Origin: an uncultured delta proteobacterium
GTDB lineage: Bacteria > Desulfobacterota > Binatia > UBA9968
Direction: 5' to 3'
DNA length: 64,000 nucleotides
Assembly (NCBI GenBank): GCA_963816145.1
Contig: CAWFJP010000004.1
Span: 192,001 to 256,000, forward strand
A model generated the notes under the pieces. It had not been told where the DNA came from. It did no database searches and was given only the letters and a program-made list of their open reading frames with translations. Of the stretch, positions 39,905 to 51,568 are shown one piece after another. The position numbers were made by a program, and so were the translations under genes. The number at the start of each line of letters is the position of its first letter. The first letter of the stretch is position 1.

Positions 39905-40849
39905 CTACAATCGCTCGGTGAACTTCAAGTTGGCGAGCTTTAAATATTTCGTTAGCCCGGCCAGATGCTCCTGCGCCGTGGTCGGCTTGAAACCGACGAA
40001 AATACTCGAAATAAACGTGCGCATGAGATCGCGATGTTCCGGTGCGCCGAGCTTGATCACGCTCTGGATCGTCCGGGAGCGCAGAGGTTCTTTGAACTCG
40101 CGGCTGAGCACGACGGCGTGGGAGGGGATCGGCCCTTGATCCTCGATGGAGCGTGTGCCGGCGAGGACTTCGTTATAGAGCTTCTCGGGCACGTCGCCGG
40201 CGATGATTGTGGTATCGACTTGGCCCTGTTTGAGCGCCTGCCAGCACTGGCCATAACCGCCGCCGAACAGCACTTCCTTAAAGAAGGATTTAGGGTCGGC
40301 TTCCTTGCCTTCGCCGGGTTGGAGCAGGTTCAGCTCAACCATCCGGCCCATGGGCGCGACGAATCCGGAAGTGGAAATTGGGCTGGGAAAGCACGCCGAC
40401 TTGCCTTTCAGCGATGCCAAATCTTTGTAAGGTGAGTCGGGATTGACCACCCAGTAGGAATAATAATACGGAGCGTCGACTTTTTCTTTGCCGTGGAGTA
40501 CTTGGCGCACCTCGGCCAACGCTACCTCGGCGCCGCCAAGGCGGACTGCCAACTGAGCCGGCCAGGCTGACATGAAGGCGACCTGCGCATGGCCAAAGCG
40601 CAGCGATTCCACCACCGCGGCGAAGCTGGTTGGCACATAGAGCTCCACTTTGGTTTTGCCGCCGAGGCTTTGTTCGAGAAATTTTTGCAGTGGCTTGGCT
40701 TTGTTGAGCATCTCATCGCTGGCCACTGTCGGTTGGATCGCGATGACGAGTTTTCCTTGAGCACGTGCCGGTTCGGAGAAAGCTATCAACAGCCAAAACA
40801 ATGCCGAAAATGTTCCCCGGATGATTCCTAGATTATTGGCGTTTAACAT
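39905..40849 (-). CDS. phnD: Phosphate/phosphite/phosphonate-type substrate-binding protein
   Basis: AVVESLRFG, YYSYWVV, STSGFVAP, GPIPSH; in an operon with phnC and phnE. Confidence 0.8.
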   Translation of the reverse strand: MLNANNLGIIRGTFSALFWLLIAFSEPARAQGKLVIAIQPTVASDEMLNKAKPLQKFLEQSLGGKTKVELYVPTSFAAVVESLRFGHAQVAFMSAWPAQLAVRLGGAEVALAEVRQVLHGKEKVDAPYYYSYWVVNPDSPYKDLASLKGKSACFPSPISTSGFVAPMGRMVELNLLQPGEGKEADPKSFFKEVLFGGGYGQCWQALKQGQVDTTIIAGDVPEKLYNEVLAGTRSIEDQGPIPSHAVVLSREFKEPLRSRTIQSVIKLGAPEHRDLMRTFISSIFVGFKPTTAQEHLAGLTKYLKLANLKFTERL

Positions 40850-40910
40850 CAATGAAGGCTCCCTTGATCTCTTGTCGCAACTTGATTATTAAGGTGGCAG
40901 GCAAGATTTA

Positions 40911-40973
40911 GTTTAGACGTAAAACAAATTCATGCTTCGCCATCCAAAATACTTATTCTTCGTATAGTCGAAG
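40911..40973. promoter_or_regulatory. Candidate DtxR-family operator boxes in the divergent promoter
   Basis: CTTCG-TATAGT-CGAAG palindrome (40958-40973) plus weaker CTTCG-CCATC-CAAAA and GTTT-AGACGTA-AAAC. Confidence 0.45.
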
Positions 40974-40993
40974 CTAGAAAGTTTGTCAAATCT

Positions 40994-41659
40994 ATGGAAG
41001 AAATTAAAGTCACCCATGCGTTAGAAGATTATCTCAAGGCTATTTATGTACTTATGGAAGACGGGCAGCCGGTTATAGCCGCCCGGATGGCTGCCGAGGC
41101 CGGGGTTTCGGCATCGACGATCTTCGCCACGGTTCGGCGGTTAGAAAAAGATGGCTACGTGACGATCAATCGGCGCAAAGAAATTCATTTGACCAGTGAG
41201 GGTAAGAAGATTGCGGAACGAACGATTCGGCGCCATTTCCTGACCGAGCGGTTTCTGACCGATCTGTTGGGACTGGATTGGGTCAAGGCGCATCAGGAAG
41301 CGCACCGTCTGGAACATGCGATTTCCCAAGAAGTTGAAGAGCGCTTGGCGAAATTGCTAAATAATCCGCTGACCTGTCCCCACGGCAATCGCATTCCCGG
41401 GGCTGCTACAGGCAACCTGAGCAAGACTACGCCACTCAATGACGCCAACGACGGCCAAACCGTCGAGCTCGATTTCATTACCGAAGGCGGCGAACGCGAC
41501 GTGCGCCTATTAAGTTACTTACAGGAGCATGGTCTGGTCCCGGGGGCGAAGGTGTTGGTCGTCGACGTCGCGCCGTCCCTCGGCATGATGACGCTCAAGG
41601 TCGGCGATGACCAGTTTTCTTTGGGCATCGAGGCGGCTAAAAAAATCCGCGTGCACTAA
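40994..41659 (+). CDS. DtxR/IdeR/MntR-family metal-dependent repressor with FeoA-like C-domain
   Basis: EDYLKAIY, RRHFLTERFL, EAHRLEHAIS, CPHGNRIP. Confidence 0.93.
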   Translation: MEEIKVTHALEDYLKAIYVLMEDGQPVIAARMAAEAGVSASTIFATVRRLEKDGYVTINRRKEIHLTSEGKKIAERTIRRHFLTERFLTDLLGLDWVKAHQEAHRLEHAISQEVEERLAKLLNNPLTCPHGNRIPGAATGNLSKTTPLNDANDGQTVELDFITEGGERDVRLLSYLQEHGLVPGAKVLVVDVAPSLGMMTLKVGDDQFSLGIEAAKKIRVH

Positions 41660-41676
41660 ATCTTTTCAGCGCGGGG

Positions 41677-41967
41677 CTAGTTCGAACTCGCCGGCTCTGA
41701 CGCTTCACTGGCCGGCGCGGCGGTTTGTGAATCTGCCTCGGCTTGCCGCCCGGCGAGCTCGTTGGCGAGAAACTCAATCTGGTCGATCAGCGGAATGTCC
41801 CGGTCGATGACGATCAATTCCCGTCCTTTGACCCGGCAACTCCCGCTGTGAGCGCGATAGCCGACTTCGCGCAAAAGCTTCTCCATGCGCACTTGAATAT
41901 TCAGCTGTTTGGCGCTGACGATCAGATCCTGAAGGCGGGCTTCCTGACGATTCTTCGGTCGCTGCAT
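41677..41967 (-). CDS. Conserved hypothetical protein
   Basis: VRMEKL...SGSCRVKG..LIVID...EFLA pattern; fills the intergenic space. Confidence 0.65.
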   Translation of the reverse strand: MQRPKNRQEARLQDLIVSAKQLNIQVRMEKLLREVGYRAHSGSCRVKGRELIVIDRDIPLIDQIEFLANELAGRQAEADSQTAAPASEASEPASSN

Positions 41968-42157
41968 TTATCCAACTTCTCTAGAGTAGGGCGGATTATC
42001 TCCTAAAGGCGCGCGGATGTAAACGGTCGGCGGCGATTCCGTTTGTAATTAGTCCCGGCCTTGTTATCGTGTCGATAGTGCCCCAGGCCTAGGGGAGAAA
42101 TAGCTGACGGCGATCGCCGGTTACGGTGACTGCACCGGCAATCTAACGGAGAGACCT

Positions 42158-42994
42158 ATGATCAAAAACATCTTGATTCCGCTCGACGGCTCCGAGCATT
42201 CCAAGGCGGCGCTCGATTACGCGATCTGGCTCGTGCGCGGCTTTGACGGCATGTTATTGGGCCAGCATGTGATCGATACGGTTTCCCTCGAAGGAACCTT
42301 CTTCCACGATGTCTCAGGCTCGCTCGGATTCGAACCCTATCTCGATTTTTCCACCAAGATGCGCGAGCTCCTCGATGACCGCGGCAAACTTATTCTCGAC
42401 TACTTCCGCGAGACCTGCGCGGCAAAAAATATTCGGGTGCAGACCTTTCTCGATACCGGGCTGATCGCCAATGAAATCTGCGAGCGGGCCAAGGTTGCCG
42501 ATCTGGTAGTGATCGGTCATCGCGGCGTCAACGAAGGCTTCACCGCTGGCATGCTCGGCTCGACCGCCGAAACGATCATTCGCAAATGTCCGCGGCCGAT
42601 CTTTGTATCGACCAAGCGCTTCGACAACATTGCAAACCCATTGCTAGCCTACGATGGCAGCCAGCGGGCGAGCTCGGCGATGGAATCGGCGGCGGAGTTT
42701 TGTACAGTGCTCAAGCTGCCTCTCACGGTGCTCTCTATCGCCCGGGAAGAAGCGGCGGCGCAGGCGATCTTGCAGCAGGCCAAGGCCTATCTCGGCTCCT
42801 ACGCCATCGACGTCAAGTACGAGACTGCGCGCGGTTACCCCGAGCAGAAAATCATCGAGTATCTGGTCAATCTCAAATACGACTTGCTGTTCATCGGCGC
42901 CCACGGCCACCGGCGAATTATTAAGATGGTGCTCGGCGGCACGACGGAATATGTATTGCGCAATGCGCCCTGTCCGGTTTTTCTGAACAGATAA
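42158..42994 (+). CDS. Tandem-domain universal stress protein
   Basis: NILIPLDGS, DLVVIGHRG, LGSTAE; second domain AYDGS, IGAHGH, LGGTTE. Confidence 0.92.
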   Translation: MIKNILIPLDGSEHSKAALDYAIWLVRGFDGMLLGQHVIDTVSLEGTFFHDVSGSLGFEPYLDFSTKMRELLDDRGKLILDYFRETCAAKNIRVQTFLDTGLIANEICERAKVADLVVIGHRGVNEGFTAGMLGSTAETIIRKCPRPIFVSTKRFDNIANPLLAYDGSQRASSAMESAAEFCTVLKLPLTVLSIAREEAAAQAILQQAKAYLGSYAIDVKYETARGYPEQKIIEYLVNLKYDLLFIGAHGHRRIIKMVLGGTTEYVLRNAPCPVFLNR

Positions 42995-43072
42995 CAGCCG
43001 TTCAAGGGTTCATCCCTCGATACGCGACCTTCGGCCCCTACTCGGGACAAACGGTTTAAGGGTTTCGAAAAT

Positions 43073-43876
43073 ATGAAGTTCATTGCCGCCGCGGTGCAGA
43101 TGTTGGCTTCGGATGACAAAGCGGCGAATCTCGCCGAAGCTGAGCGTTGGGTGCGCGAGGCGGCTGGCCTAGGTGCGCGTCTCGTGGTCCTACCGGAAGT
43201 TTTTATTTGGCGCGGTAACAAAAAATTAGAAAGAGAGTTTGCCGAAGCGATTCCCGGACCGACTGCGAACCGACTTGCCGGATTGGCGCGGGAGTTGAAG
43301 ATTTTCTTACTTGGCGGTTCGATTCTCGAAACGATTCCCGCCAGCGCGAAAGCCTACAACACGAGTCTGCTCTTTGGTCCGGCGGGCGAACTGCTAGCGG
43401 CCTACCGTAAGATTCATCTCTTCGATGTCGACCTGGCCAACGGCGTGTCGCTGCGCGAGTCGGAGACCCGCGCTCATGGCGGCGATGTCGTGGCGGTGCA
43501 GACCGAGCTTGGGACGATGGGTTTGTCGGTTTGCTACGATCTGCGTTTCCCCGAACTGTATCGCGGTTTAGCCGACCAGGGCGCGCATTTGATCTTCGTC
43601 CCGTCGGCGTTCACGGCCTTCACCGGCCAGGCGCATTGGGAAATTCTTCTCCGTGCCCGCGCCATCGAGAACCAAACCTACATCATCGCCGCCGATCAAT
43701 ATGGCAAAGGCGCCAAAAGCTTCGAATGCCACGGCCACTCGATGATCGTCGATCCCTGGGGTACTATACTCGCCGAGCTCCCTGACGGTCCCGGCGTCAT
43801 CACGGCGGAAATCGATCTCGACCATCTCACCAAAGTGCGCGCCGAGCTGCCGGCGCTGCAGCACCGCAGATTGTAG
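43073..43876 (+). CDS. Carbon-nitrogen hydrolase (Nit1-like)
   Basis: LPE, YRKIHLFD, VCYDLRFPE triad, ARAIEN, GHSMIVDPWG. Confidence 0.93.
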   Translation: MKFIAAAVQMLASDDKAANLAEAERWVREAAGLGARLVVLPEVFIWRGNKKLEREFAEAIPGPTANRLAGLARELKIFLLGGSILETIPASAKAYNTSLLFGPAGELLAAYRKIHLFDVDLANGVSLRESETRAHGGDVVAVQTELGTMGLSVCYDLRFPELYRGLADQGAHLIFVPSAFTAFTGQAHWEILLRARAIENQTYIIAADQYGKGAKSFECHGHSMIVDPWGTILAELPDGPGVITAEIDLDHLTKVRAELPALQHRRL

Positions 43877-44323
43877 GGCACGAATGCTTGCACCCTCGTG
43901 CCGGTTATCTGATAGGAACTCTACCACCTACGTTGAGTCCAGCCAGATCTACTGTTCGGGCACTGTGCGAATGGCGGATTCTAGGCGGTGTTGAGCATGG
44001 CTGTCATTGCCGGGATTGTCATTTTAGAATCGATGGTCGGCGCATAGAACACGCGGGTGAAACTCAGATTGTCTAGTTTCTGACGGCGCTGATGCCCGCA
44101 AAAATCGCTGGGGCTCCCGTGCGCAGCGCGATTACAGCTAGCGTTGTGGTCTCCGATTGCCGAATTTTTTGTCGGAAGGCTACTTCTCAGAATCGCTTAT
44201 GCTGTGTCTAACGGTATCTCATCGCGAATTTGGACATTCAGGTAATCGAACCGCGTTGCACCAGACAAGACATAACATGCATCCGCGTTGACATCATGAA
44301 TTGCCCGGCTTAAGACTGACTCG

Positions 44324-44689
44324 ATGCTGTCTTTTTCGCCGTGCAGGGCGGCCGTTCAACTCTGCGCGATAACGCTGCATACCTTTCTTCTCGGCATCGT
44401 TATCCTCGCTTCGGTTCCGCAGGTCTCGAATCGAGCGGGGGATTATCGACCGGTACGAGAGAGTCGGTTGGCTGCGCTGCACGATCCGGTCGACGGCACG
44501 GCACTCAACCGAGGGGTAAAACGCTATGACGACCAGAACCCAGCCGGTTTCTTGGCGTTGGCTCGTTTCCGTCAGGCCCAGATCCAACAAACGACGCGGC
44601 TCAGTTTCGATATAAATGATGGTTTTTATCGCCAGCCTACTCTGGGGTTTCTGCCGATCCGTTCTCCGCCTTTCCATCTTCCTTTGTAA
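44324..44689 (+). CDS. Hypothetical protein with N-terminal hydrophobic segment and C-terminal RSPP
   Basis: TTGACA-17nt-TAAGAC just upstream; ends FLPIRSPPFHLPL. Confidence 0.5.
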   Translation: MLSFSPCRAAVQLCAITLHTFLLGIVILASVPQVSNRAGDYRPVRESRLAALHDPVDGTALNRGVKRYDDQNPAGFLALARFRQAQIQQTTRLSFDINDGFYRQPTLGFLPIRSPPFHLPL

Positions 44690-44876
44690 CTTTCGGGCAG
44701 TTAAATAGCGAACAATTCGTTCTGTGATCGCCGTTGCCGGTGAGCCTGGGGCGATTCGTCGTTCGTCGTGACTTGATCGAGCATCGCCGCGGTCAGCGCG
44801 CGCCATTCCAGTTGCGCAGAGACCTTGCGCTTCGAGTACGAAATGCCGCTGCTTCGCCGGCGATAAAGGAGTCGAA

Positions 44877-44966
44877 ATGATAGAGGGATTCTCTACGGAT
44901 ACTATTATCGTACTAGGTTTTTTAGTTGCCGCAGTGCTTTTCATCGCCTGGGTGAGAAGACAATAG
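44877..44966 (+). CDS. 29-aa single-TM microprotein (not in the ORF track)
   Basis: AAGGAG RBS then MIEGFSTDTIIVLGFLVAAVLFIAWVRRQ. Confidence 0.55.
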   Translation: MIEGFSTDTIIVLGFLVAAVLFIAWVRRQ

Positions 44967-45184
44967 TTTCCCAGATGCAATCTTTCGTTCACTAGGCAAA
45001 CTAGTTCCCTCATGCTCACGCGTACGGGTGCTGCGCGTGGGCATGCCGCGCCATTTCGTGTTCGCGGCGATTTCCGCGTTTACCGGCTAAAGCCAACAGG
45101 AATCACTACTGCGTGCGCGTCATCGAAAACCGGGGCTTCGCTATCGTTGCCTCAATTAAACTGACAACTCACTCGATTTCATTC

Positions 45185-45221
45185 TGCCTAGGAATTAAGC
45201 GCACCGCTCAATTCCTAGGCA
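45185..45221. promoter_or_regulatory. Tandem NtrC-type enhancer sites
   Basis: TGCCTAGGAATTAAGCGCA and CGCTCAATTCCTAGGCA about 100 bp upstream of a sigma54 promoter; similar site at 56758. Confidence 0.5.
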
Positions 45222-45316
45222 CCTACGGCTTCTTCAATCTCGACGTTTTTAGTCGATGATTCGCCGAATAGTTTAATCATTTCGCTGAGTATCGCTGCGC
45301 TCGCGGCGAAAAATGA

Positions 45317-47541
<2,225 letters not shown>

Positions 47542-47637
47542 TTATAGTATGGTTATGGGGGCAGCGGTGATCAGCACCGCTGCTCCCTGCGCTTCTGCGC
47601 GAGTAACAACATAAACCTAGAAACGAGGAGCAAATAG

Positions 47638-49053
47638 ATGTCCGTAAAAGACGTCCTAGAGATGGCGAAGAAGAACAAGGTGGAGATCGTCGATTTCAAG
47701 TTTATCGACGTGCCCGGGCTGTGGCAGCATTTTTCGATCCCGGCCACCGATCTCGACGCCGATAAGTTTGAATCGGGTTTGGGTTTCGACGGATCGAGTA
47801 TCCGTGGCTTCCAGTCGATCAACGAATCCGACATGATCCTTTTGCCCGACCCTGACACCGCCATGATGGATCCGTTCACCGAACACCCCACTCTTAGCTT
47901 TGTCTGTAACGTGCTCGATGCGATCACCCGCCAGCCCTACTCCCGGGACCCGCGCTATATTACGCAGAAAGCCGAGAAGTACCTAAAGTCCACCGGTCTG
48001 GCCGACATCAGCTATTGGGGGCCCGAGATCGAGTTTTTTATCTTTGATAGTATCCGCTTCGATCAGAACCATCACGAAGGTTATTATCATATCGACTCCA
48101 GTGAAGGGTTCTGGAACTCCGGCAACGGCGACGGTGCCAATCTGGGCAACAAGATCAGATACAAAGAAGGCTACTTCCCGGTCCCGCCGATGGACCAGTA
48201 CCAAGACCTCAGGTCAGAAATGGTCATGAACCTGGAGAAATGCGGCATCAAGATCGAAGTGCATCATCACGAAGTCGCCACCGGCGGTCAGACCGAGATC
48301 GACATGCGCTTTGACACCATGACCAAGATGGCCGACAAGGTGTTGCTCTATAAGTATGTCGTCAAGAACACCGCCCGCAAACGCGGCAAAGTAGTGACCT
48401 GCATGCCCAAACCGCTGTTCCAAGACAATGGCTCCGGCATGCACTGCCACCAGAGTCTGTGGAAAGCCGGCAAGAATATCTTTTACGACAAGAAGGGCTA
48501 CGGGCTGATCAGCGATACTGCGAGATACTACATCGGCGGGCTGATCAAACATGCCCATGCGCTGTGCGCCTTTATCGCGCCAACGACCAATTCCTATAGA
48601 AGACTTGTTCCCGGCTACGAAGCGCCGATCAATTTAGTCTACTCGGCGAGAAACCGCAGCGCTTGCGTCAGAATCCCTATGTACTCGACCAGCGAGAAGG
48701 CCAAGCGGTTGGAGTTCAGAACCCCTGATCCGAGTGCCAATCCGTACTTTGCCTTTCCGGCGATGATGATGGCCGGGTTGGACGGCATCCGCAATAAGAT
48801 CGAGCCGCCCAAACCGATCGACAAGAACTTGTATGAGCTGGAGCCTGAGGAAGCGGCCAAGGTTAAATCGATGCCGGGATCGTTAGATCAGGCCCTCGAT
48901 GCGTTGGAGAAGGATCATGACTTCCTGCTCAAGGGCGATGTGTTTACCAAGGACGTGATCGAGACCTGGCTCGAGTACAAGCGCAAGCATGAGGTCGATG
49001 CCATCCGGCTCCGTCCTCATCCTTGGGAGTTCGCTCTCTATTTCGATATCTAA
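47638..49053 (+). CDS. glnA: Glutamine synthetase type I
   Basis: [19 protein letters not shown]...[29 protein letters not shown]. Confidence 0.97.
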   Translation: MSVKDVLEMAKKNKVEIVDFKFIDVPGLWQHFSIPATDLDADKFESGLGFDGSSIRGFQSINESDMILLPDPDTAMMDPFTEHPTLSFVCNVLDAITRQPYSRDPRYITQKAEKYLKSTGLADISYWGPEIEFFIFDSIRFDQNHHEGYYHIDSSEGFWNSGNGDGANLGNKIRYKEGYFPVPPMDQYQDLRSEMVMNLEKCGIKIEVHHHEVATGGQTEIDMRFDTMTKMADKVLLYKYVVKNTARKRGKVVTCMPKPLFQDNGSGMHCHQSLWKAGKNIFYDKKGYGLISDTARYYIGGLIKHAHALCAFIAPTTNSYRRLVPGYEAPINLVYSARNRSACVRIPMYSTSEKAKRLEFRTPDPSANPYFAFPAMMMAGLDGIRNKIEPPKPIDKNLYELEPEEAAKVKSMPGSLDQALDALEKDHDFLLKGDVFTKDVIETWLEYKRKHEVDAIRLRPHPWEFALYFDI

Positions 49054-49062
49054 CCCATGACC

Positions 49063-49100
49063 ATTTGGACTGAGGGTTGAGTGCCCTCAGTCCAAATTTT
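49063..49100 (+). terminator. Intrinsic terminator after glnA
   Basis: ATTTGGACTGAGGG / CCCTCAGTCCAAAT perfect stem plus T run. Confidence 0.7.
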
Positions 49101-49126
49101 GCTGGCGCAGAATTTACGGGGGACCC

Positions 49127-49873
49127 ATGGGTGAGGTCGTCGTTTTCCAGCATGACCCATTCGAAGATCTGGGTTTCTTCGCCGAAGTCTTGGCAAAGCA
49201 GGGTGCTGCCTATCGAGTGGTCCGTCTGTTCCACGACGAAATGCCAGAGGAGAACTGGGACCAAGTCAAAGCTCTGATCATTCTCGGCGGGCCGATGAAT
49301 GTCGACGACGAGGCCGATTTTCCATTCTTGCGCTGGGAAAAGCGCATTATTCGGGCGGCCATTGACGAAGCGGTGCCGATTTTGGGCATTTGTCTCGGGG
49401 CGCAGTTGATTGCCGCTACGCTCGGCGCTGCGGTTTTTCACGGTTCGGTCAAAGAGATCGGCTGGAGCCCGATTTCGATCACGCCGCACGGCCAGGTCGA
49501 TTCTCTGCTGGGATATTTGCCGGAAAATGCCACGGTGTTTCAGTGGCATGGCGACGGTTTCGAATTGCCGACGGGCGCCATCCTGCTGGCTTCGTCGCAG
49601 CATTTTCGCACCCAGGCGTTTCGCGTCGGCAAAACCATTTACGGCCTGCAATTTCATCTCGAAGTGACGCCGCGCATGATCGAACGATGGATCGACGAGC
49701 GATCCAAAGACCTGGCGCTGGCGCCCTATGTGCAGCCGGACAAGATTATGGCCGATACACATAATTACGCGCCGGCATTGAAATACTACGGCGAGCGGTT
49801 TCTTTCGGAGTTTGTGCGGCGCGTCGCTCGATCAAAAAGTCGCAAAGCCGACGGCGGACAGGTTTTGGTATGA
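49127..49873 (+). CDS. Class I glutamine amidotransferase-like protein
   Basis: LGGPMNV, LGICLGAQL, FQWHGD, LQFHLE triad. Confidence 0.9.
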   Translation: MGEVVVFQHDPFEDLGFFAEVLAKQGAAYRVVRLFHDEMPEENWDQVKALIILGGPMNVDDEADFPFLRWEKRIIRAAIDEAVPILGICLGAQLIAATLGAAVFHGSVKEIGWSPISITPHGQVDSLLGYLPENATVFQWHGDGFELPTGAILLASSQHFRTQAFRVGKTIYGLQFHLEVTPRMIERWIDERSKDLALAPYVQPDKIMADTHNYAPALKYYGERFLSEFVRRVARSKSRKADGGQVLV

Positions 49874-50457
49874 AAAAAGTCCTCGTCATCGACGATCACG
49901 AATTATCGCGTAATCAACTGGTCGAAAGTTTGCGCAACTGCGGTTATCAAATCGCTGCCGAGGGAGCGAGCGGCAGGGTGGCCTCGGCGCTAGCGCACGC
50001 TTCGGCTGCTGAAGTCATCGTTATGGCAGTGGGGCTGGCGGATCTCGACGGCATCGAAGCCGCGCGCGAGATCATGCAAACCCGTCCCCTGCCGATTGTG
50101 TTGATTACGAGTCATGCCGATCCTTCGACGGTCGCCCGCGCGACCCAAGCGGGCGTGATGAGTTATCTGGTCAAACCGCTGCGGGTGGAGGAACTCGCGC
50201 CCGCCATCGAGCTCGCGGTCAGCCGTTTCCGTGAATTTGTTTCCTTGCGCGATGAAGTCTCCACCCTCAAGCTCAATCTTGAAGAACGCAAATTGATCGA
50301 ACGCGCCAAAGGGTTGCTGATGGAACAACGCCATCTCTCCGAAGAACGCGCCTATGCGCTGATGAAAAAAGCCAGCATGAACATGCGCAAGCCGATGGCG
50401 GATATCGCCCAGGCGATACTACTCGCTGGTGGACTGCTGACCGAATCTAATCCGTAA
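49870..50457 (+). CDS. Receiver-ANTAR antiterminator (NasT/AmiR-like)
   Basis: Pseudo-receiver with VIVMAV in place of the phospho-Asp, then ERKLIERAKGLLM...AYALMKKASMN. Confidence 0.92.
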   Translation: MKKVLVIDDHELSRNQLVESLRNCGYQIAAEGASGRVASALAHASAAEVIVMAVGLADLDGIEAAREIMQTRPLPIVLITSHADPSTVARATQAGVMSYLVKPLRVEELAPAIELAVSRFREFVSLRDEVSTLKLNLEERKLIERAKGLLMEQRHLSEERAYALMKKASMNMRKPMADIAQAILLAGGLLTESNP

Positions 50458-50531
50458 ATCTACCGCTTATCGATTAATGTCCCGTTGCGGCGATGTTTGA
50501 AATCCCTCGCCTTCAAGCGAAGAGAAGATTT

Positions 50532-50678
50532 GTAATTCCGGTGGAGGCCGGCATCCATACTTCGCTTGTGTTGCAAGTCTAAAAAAAATACTGGATTCCG
50601 GCCTGCGCCGGAATGGCGAAAGAAAGAGTCGTCTTCGAGTCGAAAAATTCAGAACCCCTCGGCCTAAAGCCGAAGGTC
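50532..50678 (-). repeat. Composite palindromic repeat (MITE/REP-like), inverted copy of 56524-56670
   Basis: Reverse complement reads CCTTCGGCTTTAGGCCGAGGGGTTCTGAATTTTTCGAC...CATTCCGGCGCAGGCCGGAATCCAG. Confidence 0.75.
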
Positions 50679-50894
50679 ATTCAGTGCGTCGCGGAAACGC
50701 AAAGTTTTTGAGCGTTGTCGTATTTTGACTGCGCCGCGGTCTTGGCCCCCTCTCTACTGAAATATCTTCTAGTTGCAAGAGATTCGCTTCTAGCTGCATG
50801 TTGTTTAGGCATGCTCGTGACCATTGAACAGGCGATTATTATTAACGGAATATTAAAACGTCATGATATCGCGATGTTTGTGATTGCTGATGAG

Positions 50895-50910
50895 TGGCAC
50901 GGCGGTTGCG
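50895..50910 (+). promoter_or_regulatory. Sigma54 promoter
   Basis: TGGCACG-GCGG-TTGCG. Confidence 0.75.
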
Positions 50911-50924
50911 TTATCAGTTAAGCG

Positions 50925-50990
50925 AGGGCGATGTTGCCCTGGGTTGAGCAAAGGCGCTCACCGTGGTCCGGTGCAGCGCCTTAATTTTTT
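50925..50990 (+). promoter_or_regulatory. ANTAR dual-hairpin leader overlapping a terminator
   Basis: AGGGC-GATGTT-GCCCT and TGAGC-AAAGGC-GCTCA; competing terminator AAGGCGCT...AGCGCCTT-AATTTTTT. Confidence 0.85.
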
Positions 50991-51002
50991 CTGGAGGTAA
51001 AA

Positions 51003-51200
51003 ATGATAAAAACAGGCAAAACCGCAACCGAGAGAATTTTTGAAAATATCATTTTCTTGGCCGACGTGTTCGGTGAACAGCTGGAGAAAGATATTCCGGT
51101 GTGGCCGGTGTTGGAGATGGCACGTTGTTTTGAACTCGCACAGCCGGACATCGCTCATGCCAATAGACTGCGCCGGAAAGACTGGCAGCTATGGAACTAA
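51003..51200 (+). CDS. Small hypothetical protein (65 aa)
   Basis: GGAGG RBS right after the ANTAR leader; overlaps the next gene. Confidence 0.65.
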   Translation: MIKTGKTATERIFENIIFLADVFGEQLEKDIPVWPVLEMARCFELAQPDIAHANRLRRKDWQLWN

Positions 51201-51568
51201 CGCCGGTGAATTACCGGATCACGGAAGTTGCCGGCTGGGTTGTCGTCACGCCGTCCGGCAAAGCCGAAAACAATGAGCCGTTGCGGGTGCGCCATCTGTT
51301 TCGCCGCTGGCTGACGCGCCAGGGCATCCGCGTGATCGTTAATCTCAAGCAACTGGAGCAGTTTGGAATTTGGGAGGTGGGGGTGCTGACATCGTTCAAG
51401 CGTCAAGTCGATCAACGGGTCGGCGTATTGCGGCTGTGCAATTTAGATCCATCCTTACAGGGTTATTTTTATAACGACCGATTTTCCGAATGTTTCGAAA
51501 TCTACAACGATCTCGAAGCGGCTATGGGAGGAGTTCATCGAAGTGGAAAGCACGAATGCGGTCACTGA
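51191..51568 (+). CDS. STAS-domain (anti-sigma-antagonist-like) protein
   Basis: VVVTPSG, VIVNLKQL, LRLCNL, FEIYNDLEAA; the usual DSSG is replaced by GIWE. Confidence 0.7.
   Translation: MELTPVNYRITEVAGWVVVTPSGKAENNEPLRVRHLFRRWLTRQGIRVIVNLKQLEQFGIWEVGVLTSFKRQVDQRVGVLRLCNLDPSLQGYFYNDRFSECFEIYNDLEAAMGGVHRSGKHECGH

Noticed and set aside
42071-42118. Possible fluoride-riboswitch-like sequence (GATAGTGCC...GCTGACGGC) upstream of the USP gene
   Set aside because: P1 and pseudoknot pairing are poor by eye; would need a cmsearch hit to the crcB model.
43010-43050. CCCTCGATACGCG...CTACTCGGG hairpin between the USP and nitrilase genes
   Set aside because: Probably another REP-type element, but no clear second copy in the window supports it.
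44294-45019. 241-aa minus-strand ORF
   Set aside because: No motif, and it overlaps two + strand ORFs that have better promoter and RBS support.
47557-47587. Strong hairpin between amtB and glnA as a possible glutamine riboswitch
   Set aside because: A simple GC stem without the three-way-junction features; more likely a stabiliser or terminator.
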